Assembly (NCBI GenBank): GCA_965223325.1
Contig: CBDCWI010000002.1
Location: 896,001 to 960,000, forward strand
DNA length: 64,000 bases
DNA from: Candidatus Multivoradales bacterium
Lineage (GTDB): Bacteria > Acidobacteriota > Thermoanaerobaculia > Multivoradales > Multivoraceae
Direction: 5' to 3'
Positions within the stretch are counted from its first letter, which is position 1; every line of letters starts with the position of its first letter. The notes under the pieces were generated by a model. That model made no database searches. It was not told the DNA's origin and saw nothing but the letters and a program-made list of their open reading frames with translations. Positions 46,205 through 56,591 of this stretch are shown in pieces. A program made the position numbers and the translations under genes.

Positions 46205-47056
46205 ATGCTCTTTCGACACTTCGTAGCGGTCGCGATCCTCTCGCTCGTCTTTGTCGGCGCCGCCGGCACCGCGGTTGGCGAAGAGGCGGACTGGCGCCGC
46301 GACCGCGTTGAATGGCACGGAGCCTGGGCGACCGAAGAGTCGGCCCATGCACCCCCTACGAAACTTCGCATCGACAACCCCTGGGGCGACCTGCGGGTAC
46401 GCGCGGCCGGAGACGCGCGCCTTCACCTGGTCGCTCAGGTCCAGCACCCACCGGGAGACGCGTCTACCGTCGAGTTGGTGCCGACCCTCGACGGCGGTGT
46501 GATCAGCATCGTGCCGCGGTTCGACGATCTGCCCTCGGAAGGGCCCGAGCCGCGAGTCGACCTGGCGGTGCGCGTGCCGAGCGGTCTGCACCTCGATCTC
46601 GAAGTGCGAGACGGTCTGCTCGAAGCGCGCGGGACGGCGCAGCCAACCACGGCCAGGAGTCAGCACGGCGAGATCCGCCTTACCGTTCGTGACTGCTTCT
46701 CGGCATGGAGCGCAACCGGCCCGGTCCTCGCGGTCGTTCATGGCGTACCCCGTGGTTGCAAAGCCCGCATGACCAGCGAGCAAGGTGTGATTGAGCTCCG
46801 TTTGCCGCATGAACTCGGCGCCGAGATCAAAGCGTCAACACGCGGCCGCTTCACCACCGACTGGTCACTCGAGATCGAACAAACGCCCGGCTCCCTCGTC
46901 AAGAAGGCGCGTGCCCGCCGCCATAGCGGTGGCGCGTCATTCGAACTCGAGAGTGAACTGGGTGACATCAAGACGCTCTTCTTTGGCACTGCGGAAGGCG
47001 ACGCCACTGCGGCCACCTCACCACCTTCCAGCTCGACACCCGAGGACGCTCCGTGA
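46205..47056 (+). CDS. secreted DUF4097/adhesin-like beta-solenoid protein
   Basis: Signal peptide, IDNPWGDLRV, VDLAVRVP and repeated S..G.I.L strands. Confidence 0.7.
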   Translation: MLFRHFVAVAILSLVFVGAAGTAVGEEADWRRDRVEWHGAWATEESAHAPPTKLRIDNPWGDLRVRAAGDARLHLVAQVQHPPGDASTVELVPTLDGGVISIVPRFDDLPSEGPEPRVDLAVRVPSGLHLDLEVRDGLLEARGTAQPTTARSQHGEIRLTVRDCFSAWSATGPVLAVVHGVPRGCKARMTSEQGVIELRLPHELGAEIKASTRGRFTTDWSLEIEQTPGSLVKKARARRHSGGASFELESELGDIKTLFFGTAEGDATAATSPPSSSTPEDAP

Positions 47057-48828
47057 AACTCCGCCAACTCTCACCAGCCGTGCGAAGCTTTGGCTGGAAG
47101 CGCGCGTTGGCCGCGACATTTCTGGCTTCGGCCTTCGCGATGACGACCCCGATCGCCCAGGCGCAGCCGCCGGCAAGGAGCCAACCGATCACCCTCACCG
47201 GCGCCGAGACCGGTGTCGCAGTTCGACCCTTTCGCTACTCCGGGAACCTCCGGACGCTCGAGAGGCCGCTCGCCTGGCAACCGGGCGACTCCATCCGCGA
47301 GGTCCCGCGCCGGCTCCATCCGCGTGAGCGCCGCACAGCCGCGCCGACTCCCCGGCCGCAGGTCGATCCGCTGGCTGCCCTTCAGCGCGAAGCCGAGAGC
47401 CGGCGCGCCACGAGTGGCCGCAACCCGAGTCGCGCCCTGGCCAGCCCACACGTGACGACCGATGGGCTCGGCTTCACCGGCGTTGGTCCGCCCGACACCA
47501 ACGGAGCGGTGGGCGCCGACCACTTCATCCAGGGTGTCAACCACCCGCAAGGGACCTTGATCTCGATCCGCGACATGGACGGTGTGGAGGTGAGTCAGTT
47601 CGTTCTCGAAACCCTCGGCGCCACGATCGCCCCCGGCACGTCGTGCGCGACCAGCGGCTTCGGTGACTCGATCATTCTCTTCGACGAGCCAGCCCGACGC
47701 TGGCTGTTGACCGAGTTCACGACCGTCGACAGCCTGTGCGTCTACGTGTCACAGACCCACGACCCGATCGCCGGCGGCTGGTATCTCTATGAGTACGCAA
47801 CCACTGACTTTCCGGACTACCCGAAGTTCGGCGTCTGGCACGACGGCTACTACGTCGGCACCAATGAATCGACACCGCGGGTCTACGTCTTCGATCGCCG
47901 CTCGATGCTCTCCGGAGGAGCCGCGGCGTTTCAGTTCTTCGACGTTCCCGACGAACTCAGTTTCGCGTTCCAGATGCTCTTGCCTGCCGATATCGACGGG
48001 CCGATTCCACCCGCCGGCGGCCCGGCGTACTTTGTTCGACACAACGACGACGAGCAGCACGAGGCCATGCCCAACGCGGGCTTCGACTTGCTGCAGGTCT
48101 TCGAAATGTCCGTCGACTGGGACACGCCGGCCAACTCGACCTTCACCGGTCCGGTCGACGTTCCGGTTGCCGACTTCGACTCCGACGTTTGCGGGCTCAA
48201 CTCGCTGGCCTGCATTCCCCAACCCGGAACCGCGGTCAGACTCGACCCAGTGCGCGAAGTCCTGATGTGGCGACTTCAATACCGGCGCTGGCAGGACTAC
48301 CAGAGCCTGGTCGGCAACTACACCGTCGACGTCGACGGCAACGACACAGCGGCGGTGCGTTGGTTCGAACTCAGGGCTAGTGGCGACGACCCGTGGACGC
48401 TGTTCCAGGAAGGTTCCTACTCGCCCGATGCCGACCACCACTGGATGGCCGCGATTGCCATGGACGGTGCAGGCAACATGCTGATGGGTATGAACGCCGC
48501 CTCGAGCGTGAGCTACCCCAGCCTCGTTCTCACCGGCCGTCAGAAAGGCGACCCTCTGAACATCATGACCGCGGCCAAGTCCACCCTCGGTGCTGGCGGC
48601 GACTCGAATTTCAGTAACCGCTACGGCGACTACAGCGCACTGACGGTCGACCCCGACGACGACTGTACGTTCTGGCTCACCGGCGAGTACAACAAGAGCG
48701 GCCACAACGGTGAGTGGACCACCCGCATTGGTGCGCTGCGGTTCGACGACTGCCAGGCGCTCGCACTGTTCGGCGACGGCTTCGAAAGCGGCACCACCGG
48801 GCGCTTCTCCAGCGAAGTCGCGGAGTAG
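47053..48828 (+). CDS. secreted uncharacterised protein with C-terminal FxDGFESG motif
   Basis: Signal peptide, PPDTNGAVG, FPDYPKFGVW and RYGDYSALTVDPDDDCTFW motifs. Ends LFGDGFESGTTGRFS. Confidence 0.8.
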   Translation: MKLRQLSPAVRSFGWKRALAATFLASAFAMTTPIAQAQPPARSQPITLTGAETGVAVRPFRYSGNLRTLERPLAWQPGDSIREVPRRLHPRERRTAAPTPRPQVDPLAALQREAESRRATSGRNPSRALASPHVTTDGLGFTGVGPPDTNGAVGADHFIQGVNHPQGTLISIRDMDGVEVSQFVLETLGATIAPGTSCATSGFGDSIILFDEPARRWLLTEFTTVDSLCVYVSQTHDPIAGGWYLYEYATTDFPDYPKFGVWHDGYYVGTNESTPRVYVFDRRSMLSGGAAAFQFFDVPDELSFAFQMLLPADIDGPIPPAGGPAYFVRHNDDEQHEAMPNAGFDLLQVFEMSVDWDTPANSTFTGPVDVPVADFDSDVCGLNSLACIPQPGTAVRLDPVREVLMWRLQYRRWQDYQSLVGNYTVDVDGNDTAAVRWFELRASGDDPWTLFQEGSYSPDADHHWMAAIAMDGAGNMLMGMNAASSVSYPSLVLTGRQKGDPLNIMTAAKSTLGAGGDSNFSNRYGDYSALTVDPDDDCTFWLTGEYNKSGHNGEWTTRIGALRFDDCQALALFGDGFESGTTGRFSSEVAE

Positions 48829-48867
48829 TCTCCTGCCGTTCGCGCCGTGCCGGAGGAGACCGAGTGG

Positions 48868-49875
48868 TCAGCGCACCCGCACCTCGCCCATCGACGCCTC
48901 GACCGAAAGGCTGACGGTCGGCGCATCGGGATCGACGCCGGCGTCATCGGGAAGCCTGACGTTGCGCTCCCCCATTGCCACGCTGGCCTTATCGAGCGCA
49001 ATGTGTACGTTGTCGGGAACCGAAACCCCGCACTCGCCCATCGAACAGCGAACATCGACCGTCGAGTCCGTGGTCCAGGCACCTTCGAGATCGAGTTGCA
49101 GAGCACCCATGGACTGCTTGACGCTCACGCCACCCGGGCTGGCATTGCCAAGGCTGAAGATCCGAAGCTCACCCATCGATTGTTCCGCGGTGAAGGACTC
49201 GATCGGGAACTTCGTCGGGTCGGCGACCTCGACCTCGAACTCACCGGCCGACATGTCGAGTTCCACTTCCCCGAGCCACAAACCGCCGAGGTTGACGACG
49301 TGCTCACCGAGCCCAAGATCGGCGATCAGATCGACGCGCCGATCCTCGGGAATCCAGACCGTCAGCCGGTTCTCGACCTCGCCGCCACCGAACAAGAGAC
49401 CCATGAAGCGGCCACTGCCGCCGAAGGTCGCCGTGTAGGTCCAGGAGCCGTCGTCGGCGGTCTCCATCGTTTCTTCGAGGTTGAAACGACGGCTATCCCA
49501 ACTGCCTTCGATGCGCAGGCTTTCGCCAGCCGGCGCGGGACGGATATCGAACTCGCCCATGCTGAGATCGAGTACCACGCGTCCCGTCGGCACCGCCGCC
49601 GCTTCGGCGGCCGTCATCGTCAGGACCGGAAGCTGGTCGGAAGCGGTGTCACCGTCGAGCTCTGATTCGGCCGGTAGTTCGATCACCCGTTGCACCTCCG
49701 GTGGAAGCTCGGGCAGCACCTGGGCCGTGTCGTGGGTCACCATCTCGACCGGCTGGTTGGCCGCAGCCACTTGAAAGGCAATGGCGAGACCCAGGAGCAG
49801 CCCACAAAAGGCGAGGACCCCCAGGCAGCCGAAGCACCCGTACTTGAAACAACCGCTTCTCTTCTCGTCGTTCAT
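48868..49875 (-). CDS. membrane-anchored beta-solenoid (toast-rack/LiaF-like) hypothetical protein
   Basis: GCFKYGCFGC followed by a TM helix, then repeated SMGE turns. Confidence 0.72.
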   Translation of the reverse strand: MNDEKRSGCFKYGCFGCLGVLAFCGLLLGLAIAFQVAAANQPVEMVTHDTAQVLPELPPEVQRVIELPAESELDGDTASDQLPVLTMTAAEAAAVPTGRVVLDLSMGEFDIRPAPAGESLRIEGSWDSRRFNLEETMETADDGSWTYTATFGGSGRFMGLLFGGGEVENRLTVWIPEDRRVDLIADLGLGEHVVNLGGLWLGEVELDMSAGEFEVEVADPTKFPIESFTAEQSMGELRIFSLGNASPGGVSVKQSMGALQLDLEGAWTTDSTVDVRCSMGECGVSVPDNVHIALDKASVAMGERNVRLPDDAGVDPDAPTVSLSVEASMGEVRVR

Positions 49876-49991
49876 TGCGTACCACTCTCCGCGCAGGCGC
49901 CACCCACGGAGCCCATCGATTGATTACCTATCGTTCACACTCCCTACGGATCCGGGTGTGAACTTGTTTCGGGATCGGACGGTCGACGCCC

Positions 49992-51146
49992 TCAGACGCC
50001 CAACCCACGCCCGATGATCTCTTTCATGATCTCGGTGGTTCCGCCGTAGATCGTTTGTACACGAGCATCGAGAAACGCCCGGGCGATGGGGTACTCCGTC
50101 ATGTAGCCGTAGCCACCGTGCAACTGAAGGCAACGATCGGCAACCCGGTTCTGTAGTTCCGTACACCACCACTTGGCCATCGCAGCGTCTTCGGCACTGA
50201 GCTCGCCGGCGTTGAGTGCTTCAACCTGGCGATCGACGAACACCTGCCCGATTTCGAGTTCCGTTTTGAGCTCGGCGAGCAAGAAACGGTTGGCCTGAAA
50301 AGAGCCGATCGGCTTGCCGAACGCTTCGCGCGACCTTGCGTACTCGAGACCGAGTTCGAAGCAGTATCGGGCATGGGCGATGGCGATCACCGCGATGCCG
50401 AGGCGCTCCCGCGGCAGGTTGCGGACCAGGCTGTAGAAACCGGTACCCTCCTCGCCAAGCCGGTTTTTCGTCGGCACCCGCACGTTCTTGAAGAAGAGCT
50501 CTGCCGTGTCCTGGCTCTTGAGGCCGATCTTGTCGAGATTGCGCCCGCGCTCGAAGCCCTCCATGCCATCTTCGATCACCAGAAGACTCACGCCGCGGTG
50601 GCGCTCCTTGGGGTCAGTCTTGACGGCGGTGATGACGAGGTCGGCGTTCATGCCGTTGGTGATGAAGGTCTTCGACCCATTGACGACGTAGTCGTCGCCG
50701 TCACGAATGGCAGTCGTGCTCATACTGGCGAGATCGCTGCCTATTCCGGGTTCACTCATCGCCAGTGCCATCATCGAGTCGCCCGAGACGATTCCAGGCA
50801 GCCAACGAGCCTTCTGTTCCTCGTTGGTCAACTCGAGCAGATACGGCACGCAAACGTCGTTGTGGAGGGTGATGCAAAACCCCGAGGAGCAAACGCCTGC
50901 CTTCTGTAACTCCTCCGCGATCACGGCGTTGAAGCGAAAGTCTGTGACTCCGGTGCCGCCGTACTGCTCGGGCACTTCCATTGCCAAGAGACCCTGTTCG
51001 CCCGCCTTCTTGAACATCTCTTTCGAGACCCGGCCGGCCGCGCCCCACTCTTCGTCGTAGGGTGTGATTTCGCGCTCGGCGAAGCGCCGCACAACGTCAC
51101 GAAATGCTCGGTGAATGTCGTCGTAGAGAGTCCGTTGCACGCTCAC
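49992..51146 (-). CDS. acyl-CoA dehydrogenase
   Basis: AMSEPGIGSD, NGSKTFITNG, KIGLKSQDTAELFF, QLHGGYGYM and IYGGTTEIMK motifs. Confidence 0.95.
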   Translation of the reverse strand: MSVQRTLYDDIHRAFRDVVRRFAEREITPYDEEWGAAGRVSKEMFKKAGEQGLLAMEVPEQYGGTGVTDFRFNAVIAEELQKAGVCSSGFCITLHNDVCVPYLLELTNEEQKARWLPGIVSGDSMMALAMSEPGIGSDLASMSTTAIRDGDDYVVNGSKTFITNGMNADLVITAVKTDPKERHRGVSLLVIEDGMEGFERGRNLDKIGLKSQDTAELFFKNVRVPTKNRLGEEGTGFYSLVRNLPRERLGIAVIAIAHARYCFELGLEYARSREAFGKPIGSFQANRFLLAELKTELEIGQVFVDRQVEALNAGELSAEDAAMAKWWCTELQNRVADRCLQLHGGYGYMTEYPIARAFLDARVQTIYGGTTEIMKEIIGRGLGV

Positions 51147-51340
51147 TGCTCCCGCGCAGCCTTCTAGGGCGGCTTCTTGTTCACTGGTTGGTTAGGGCTC
51201 TGGGGGCGCGAGACATCGTCTTGGGCTCGCGCTCCGCTGGCCAGGATGTGCCTCTCCAGCCTATCCAACGCCTGGCGCCAATTGCACCCGCCCGGACCCG
51301 CTTGAGTAAGCTCCTATCCCTCCGCGACCTCGTCGCCACA

Positions 51341-52969
51341 ATGCCAACGGAGCACCACCGGAGCCGACCCTTGTCTGACGATCGACCTGCCACAACCAGC
51401 CACAGATCGCCACCGCGAAAGCTGCCTCGGTGGTTGCTCATCCAATGGACGAGCGCCGTCGTCGCTACGATCTTCTTCCAGACCGTGGCGCTCGGCGGTG
51501 ATCCGTCGATCAGCAATCTCGCGACCCTGGCGACGGGACTGGTCACGGCGCTCATCACCCTTCTGTGGCTCGCCCTGGCAAGCCCCCTGTCGCAGCGTGC
51601 CCGTTTAGGAGTTGTAGCCACCGTCGTAGGAGCGCTCGCCTTGTTTTTTGGCTTCTACCGTTTCGAGCGCTTGAGCGGGTCGCTGATGCCGGTGTTCGAG
51701 CCGCGCTTCGGCGCCAAACCGTGGAACGCCCTCGAACCCCCGTCCGGGGCGAGTCGGACCGTCGACCTCGAGCGCGAATCGGCGTTCGACTTCCCGGGTT
51801 TTCTCGGCGCCGCACGCAACGCGCGCGTCGACGGTGTAGTGCTCGCCACCGACCTGGAGGCCCGCCCCCCAGAGCTCCTCTGGCGCCATGCGCTGGGTGC
51901 CGGCCTCGGGGGGTTCGCAGTTCGCAACGGGTTCGCCGCAACGCTCGAGCAGCGAGGCGACGTTCAGGCGGTGACGCTCTATGAAGTCGACACCGGCAAA
52001 CTGGTCTGGCTCTACGAATTCGGTCCACAAACTCCCTACGAAGACACGGTCGCCGGCGACGGCCCACGGAGCACGCCCGCGATTGCCGACGGGATGGTCT
52101 TCGCACAGGGTGTCTATGGGGTCGCTGTCGCCCTCGATGGCCGGACAGGCGAAGAGGTGTGGCGCCATGACCTATCGTCTGCGTTTGGCCTCGGCCGCGA
52201 GGCGGAGAGCGAGGTGCTGCCCTACGGTCGGCCGGGCTCACCGCTGGTCGTTGACGACCGGGTCATCTTTCCTGCAGGCGGCAGCCCACCCCGCTCGATC
52301 GTGGCCTTCGACCGCTTCACCGGCGAGCGACTGCTGGTCGCCGGAGAGGAGCAGATCTCGATGGCTTCACCCAACACCGCGACGCTCCACGGTCGTCGCC
52401 AGATCGTCATCACACTCGAAGAGCTGGCGGCCGGGTTCGATCTCGAGACGGGCGAGCAGCTGTGGGAGATTCCGTGGCCGGGATCGAGTAGCGGGGCAGC
52501 CAACGTCTCGCAAGCGGTCGCCATCGAGCCCGACCGGGTGCTGCTGTCAAAGGGCTACGGCCAGGGCGCAGCGCTCTTCCGGCTGAGTAAGAGCTTCGAG
52601 CCCAGCGAAGTCTGGCAGTCGTCGCGCGTGCTGAAGACCAAATTCACCAACGTCGCCATCGACGGTGAGACCGTCTATGGACTCTCAGAGGGTATTCTCG
52701 AGGCCGTCGACCTGGCGACCGGAGACCGCCGCTGGAAGGGTGGGCGCTTCGGCCACGGCCAGACCCTTCTGGTGGGAGGAGTGATCCTGGTCCTCGCCGA
52801 AGATGGCGAAGTGGTGTATGTCAGAGCCTCCCCAGATGAGGGGCCCGAGGTTCTCGCCCGCTTCCAGGCCCTTCGAGGTCAGACCTGGAACAACTTCGCC
52901 CTGGCGGGAGACCGGCTGGTGGTGCGCAACGGCCGTGAGGCGGCGGTCTACCGTCTGCCGACCGACTAG
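51341..52969 (+). CDS. membrane-anchored PQQ-like beta-propeller (BamB-like) protein
   Basis: Three TM helices, FPGFLGAARN, GPRSTP and repeated ALDGRTGEEVW-type propeller motifs. Confidence 0.85.
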   Translation: MPTEHHRSRPLSDDRPATTSHRSPPRKLPRWLLIQWTSAVVATIFFQTVALGGDPSISNLATLATGLVTALITLLWLALASPLSQRARLGVVATVVGALALFFGFYRFERLSGSLMPVFEPRFGAKPWNALEPPSGASRTVDLERESAFDFPGFLGAARNARVDGVVLATDLEARPPELLWRHALGAGLGGFAVRNGFAATLEQRGDVQAVTLYEVDTGKLVWLYEFGPQTPYEDTVAGDGPRSTPAIADGMVFAQGVYGVAVALDGRTGEEVWRHDLSSAFGLGREAESEVLPYGRPGSPLVVDDRVIFPAGGSPPRSIVAFDRFTGERLLVAGEEQISMASPNTATLHGRRQIVITLEELAAGFDLETGEQLWEIPWPGSSSGAANVSQAVAIEPDRVLLSKGYGQGAALFRLSKSFEPSEVWQSSRVLKTKFTNVAIDGETVYGLSEGILEAVDLATGDRRWKGGRFGHGQTLLVGGVILVLAEDGEVVYVRASPDEGPEVLARFQALRGQTWNNFALAGDRLVVRNGREAAVYRLPTD

Positions 52970-52971
52970 CC

Positions 52972-53742
52972 TCAGGGGCCGCCGCCGTTGACGGCGATCC
53001 GCTGGCCCGAGACGTAGGACGCCTGGTCCGAAACCAGAAAGCGCACCGTGTTGGCGATGTCCTCGGGCTGGCACACGCGACCGAAAGGCATCGAAGCGTC
53101 GAGCTCGCGCAGATCCTCGACTCCCGAGCGCGCCTTCATCAGACGTCGCCCCATCTCGGTCTCCACCAGGCCTGGTAAGACCACGTTCACCCGCACACCT
53201 TCGGGGCGTAGCTCTTTGGCAAGGGTCAACGCCAGGGCCTCCATTGCCGCTTTGCCCATGTTGTACGGCCCACCCCGCGCGCTGTTTGACAGCGTTGCAA
53301 CGCTCGAGATCATCACGACGTCGGCACGCTGGTGAGACACCAGGTCTGGAATCAGCAACTGGGTCAATCGGTGCGGCGCCAGGGCGTGAACGCGAACCAC
53401 GCGCTCGAGCTCGTCGGGATCGGTCTCGAGAACCGTGTTGCCGCGCGATGCGATGCCAGCGTTGTGAACCAGAATCGACGGCGCACCCAGCTCTTCGCGG
53501 ATCGTGGCCACCATCTCCAGCAGCTGATCTTCGGCGTCAACCGACGCCTGACAGGCAATCGCCCGCCGACCGCACGCCTCGACCGCGGCGCAGGTCTCGA
53601 TGGCCGCTTCACGGTCGCGCCGGTAGTTGACCGCGACGTCGGCACCATCCTCCGCCAGCGCCAGGGCAATGGCGCGTCCGATTCCACGGCTGCTCCCGGT
53701 GACCAGGGCCACCCGGGCGTTCGAATCGCTGGTGACCGACAT
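52972..53742 (-). CDS. SDR family oxidoreductase
   Basis: TGSSRGIG, VHNAG, YNMGK, VRVNVVLPG and YVSGQ motifs. Confidence 0.93.
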   Translation of the reverse strand: MSVTSDSNARVALVTGSSRGIGRAIALALAEDGADVAVNYRRDREAAIETCAAVEACGRRAIACQASVDAEDQLLEMVATIREELGAPSILVHNAGIASRGNTVLETDPDELERVVRVHALAPHRLTQLLIPDLVSHQRADVVMISSVATLSNSARGGPYNMGKAAMEALALTLAKELRPEGVRVNVVLPGLVETEMGRRLMKARSGVEDLRELDASMPFGRVCQPEDIANTVRFLVSDQASYVSGQRIAVNGGGP

Positions 53743-53942
53743 GAGCAGGAGTCCTCTGACGTCTCTTCGATACGCGGCACACTGGCACCCTACCGAAGGC
53801 ACTGGTCGAGGGTGGGCGGGAGGGTTTCAGGCGCGTTTCTGGCCTGCTTCTGGCGCCGGCCTCTCAGCCCCGCCAAGCGGCCGAAGGACGCCGAGAGGCA
53901 AGAAATCACTATGTAGAAATAGTAACGCCTGCAACAATCCCT

Positions 53943-54027
53943 GATCTGTAGTATCCTATAGATCTGGCCAGAAAGCCCAGAAATTGGGCTTTTCCAACAC
54001 CTTGATATCTCCTTTTCTTGGTATACT
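53943..54027 (+). promoter_or_regulatory. promoter region with two inverted repeats and an extended -10
   Basis: GATCTGTAG/CTATAGATC at 53943-53964, AAAGCCCA/TGGGCTTT at 53972-53992 and TGGTATACT at 54019-54027. Confidence 0.55.
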
Positions 54028-54060
54028 TAGTGTTCAGCCAGGCGAGAGCTGTCTATCCAT

Positions 54061-55257
54061 ATGCCTATTTCAACCAATGAATCCAAGGGAATCCCCTCGG
54101 ATCGAAAGACCCAGCGAGCCCGGGTCCTGGTCGTCGATGACGAGCCCCTCCTGCGGGAGCTCATGGCGACTGTTCTCGAGGCCGCAGGGCACACCGTCAC
54201 CCTCGCCGGTGGCGCCCGCGAAGGGCTCCTGATTGCCGCCCGTGACCCCTTCGATCTGGCGATCGTTGACTACGAAATGCCGGGCACGAACGGTCTGCGG
54301 GTGCTCGACGAGCTGCGCGAGCTGCAACCGCACTGCCAGCGGATTCTCTGCTCGGGCAACCTCGACGTGCCAACTGTTATCGAAGCCGTCAATCGCGGCG
54401 AGATCACGCGCGTGCTTGCCAAACCGGTCGACCGCGCGCTGTTTCTCGAAGCGGTCGACGAAAGTCTCGAGGCACGCGACCTGCAAACCGGTCCCAACTG
54501 CTGGAGCCTCGAGAAGCAACGCCAGGACCTCGAAGAGTGCCTCGGCAATGACTACGTCAGCCTCGCCCTGCAACCCATCTGCGCCCGCGATCGCTCGGTC
54601 ACCGCCTTCGAGGCTCTCCTGCGCAGCAGCCATCCGGTCCTCGACTCGCCAGTCGCCGTCCTGCGCGCCGCCGAAGCCCACAGCCAGCTCGACGCCCTCG
54701 CGGACGTGATCGCCGATCTCTCGCTCGAGCGTATGGCCGAGCTCGCCGGGGACTGGAAGCTGTTCATCAACGCCCACCCCAAGGAACTGACCAACCCTGC
54801 CCTTCTCGAGAAACGCCTGGCGCGACTCGCAGATCATCGCCATCGTCTGGTCATCGAAATCACCGAGCGCACCTACCTGCTCGAGCTCAAGGACTGGGCC
54901 ACCTCGATTCGCATGCTCAGCGATGCCGGGTTCGAGCTCGCGGTCGACGACCTCGGTGCCGGTTACAACTCGCTCGTCGTGCTGGCTGAACTCCAGCCGA
55001 ACTACCTCAAGGTCGACATGTCAATGATTCGCAACGTCCACAATGACGAACGCAAGCAGCGCTTGATCGAGATGCTGGTGAAGTTCGCGGAGTCGACCAA
55101 CGCGCGGGTGGTTGCTGAGGGCATCGAGGTTCCCGAGGAGGCGGCCGCCCTACTCGACTGCGGCGTCCACATGTTGCAGGGCTATTGGCTCGGTCGTCCA
55201 ACAACGGACATCGAAGAGTCGCGAGCTCGCCTGGCCGCCGAACAACTACCGCTCTAG
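54061..55257 (+). CDS. REC-EAL c-di-GMP phosphodiesterase response regulator
   Basis: Receiver motifs VLVVDDE and DYEMP. EAL motifs FEALLR, LFIN, IEITE, VDDLGAGYNSL, LKVD, AEGIE and QGYW. Confidence 0.93.
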   Translation: MPISTNESKGIPSDRKTQRARVLVVDDEPLLRELMATVLEAAGHTVTLAGGAREGLLIAARDPFDLAIVDYEMPGTNGLRVLDELRELQPHCQRILCSGNLDVPTVIEAVNRGEITRVLAKPVDRALFLEAVDESLEARDLQTGPNCWSLEKQRQDLEECLGNDYVSLALQPICARDRSVTAFEALLRSSHPVLDSPVAVLRAAEAHSQLDALADVIADLSLERMAELAGDWKLFINAHPKELTNPALLEKRLARLADHRHRLVIEITERTYLLELKDWATSIRMLSDAGFELAVDDLGAGYNSLVVLAELQPNYLKVDMSMIRNVHNDERKQRLIEMLVKFAESTNARVVAEGIEVPEEAAALLDCGVHMLQGYWLGRPTTDIEESRARLAAEQLPL

Positions 55258-55316
55258 CCGGATACCGCAGCACGCGCCGGATCCGCGTTGCTGTCGTGAT
55301 GCGACATCATGGGGGC

Positions 55317-56591
55317 ATGCCCCATCTGTCGCTCGAAGAGTTCGAGAATCTGCTGCCGGCGCTCCTTCGCCAGTCGCCCGCGGACCGACCGACCCGCCTG
55401 TTTTTCTCGGGCGGCAAAGCCGAGCCGTGCTCCTTGACCGCCGCCCTCGGTCGACAACGTGAGGCGGCAGCCAGCATCGAAATCGTCGAAACCCGCCTGC
55501 CAGGTTTTCGAACAGAAACCTACGCCGACTGGCACGACTGCCGGGTCACCGTCACCTTCCTGCCACGCGAACTCCAGCCCGCGGCACGACGTGGCGTCGT
55601 GCGCTTCGTACCGCTCCACTATCGCGACACCTGGGACTGGCTCGCCGCGCAGACCTTCGACGTCGCGTTCGTCGAGGTCACACCGCCCGACGCAAAGGGT
55701 CGTTCGGGCTTCGGCCTGACCGCCGACTTCGCCCCGGCAGTGCTCGAGAACTCGAAGTGCCTGATCGCCGAGGTCAACCGTGCCCTGCCCGACCTCCCCG
55801 GCGCGCCGCGCATCGAACTCGAACGGTTCGACTATGCCGTCGAAACAGAACGCGCCCCGAAGGCGACGTCGCCACCCGCCGCCAGTGAAACCACCGCCGC
55901 CATCGCCCGCCACGTCGCGACCCTGGTTCCTGATGGAGCTTGCCTGCAAACCGGTCTGGGCGCGATTCCCGACGCGGTGCTCGCCAACTTGGACGATCGC
56001 CGCGGTCTGGGCTGCCACTCGGGGATGATCGGGGACGGGATGATGAAGCTCGCCTCGAGCGGCGCCCTCGACGGTTCGCAGAAACCACTCGACCGCAAGC
56101 TGCATGTCACCGGCTTCGTGCATGGCTCTCAGGAACTCTACGCCTGGGCAAGAGATGAACCGCGGGTCGTTCTACGCACGGTCGACTACACCCACGACCC
56201 GCGGATCATCAGCCATCTCGACGGTTTCATCGCCATCAACTCAGCGATCGAGATCGACCTGGAGGGCCAGGTCAACGCCGAGACGGTGCGCGGCCAGCAG
56301 ATCTCTGGTGTCGGTGGTTCGATCGACTTCGCACGTGGCGCCGCGCGCGCTGTGAACGGGCGCTCGATCATCGCCTTGCCAGCCACGGCGCGGCGCGGTG
56401 AGGTCTCTCGCATCGTAGGCACACTGCCGCCTGAAACGCCGGTCACCGCTTCGCGCAACGACGTCGACACGGTAGTCACCGAGTTTGGCGTCGCTCACCT
56501 CCGCGGCCTGTCGTCGCGCGAGCGCGCCGAGGCGCTCATCGGGATTGCCGCTCCGCGCTTCCAGCCCGATCTCGAAGCCAGCCTGCGCTAA
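55317..56591 (+). CDS. acetyl-CoA hydrolase / 4-hydroxybutyrate CoA-transferase
   Basis: DGACLQTGLGAIPDAV, AINSAIEIDLEGQVNAE, SGVGGSIDFARGA and VVTEFGVA motifs. Confidence 0.92.
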   Translation: MPHLSLEEFENLLPALLRQSPADRPTRLFFSGGKAEPCSLTAALGRQREAAASIEIVETRLPGFRTETYADWHDCRVTVTFLPRELQPAARRGVVRFVPLHYRDTWDWLAAQTFDVAFVEVTPPDAKGRSGFGLTADFAPAVLENSKCLIAEVNRALPDLPGAPRIELERFDYAVETERAPKATSPPAASETTAAIARHVATLVPDGACLQTGLGAIPDAVLANLDDRRGLGCHSGMIGDGMMKLASSGALDGSQKPLDRKLHVTGFVHGSQELYAWARDEPRVVLRTVDYTHDPRIISHLDGFIAINSAIEIDLEGQVNAETVRGQQISGVGGSIDFARGAARAVNGRSIIALPATARRGEVSRIVGTLPPETPVTASRNDVDTVVTEFGVAHLRGLSSRERAEALIGIAAPRFQPDLEASLR

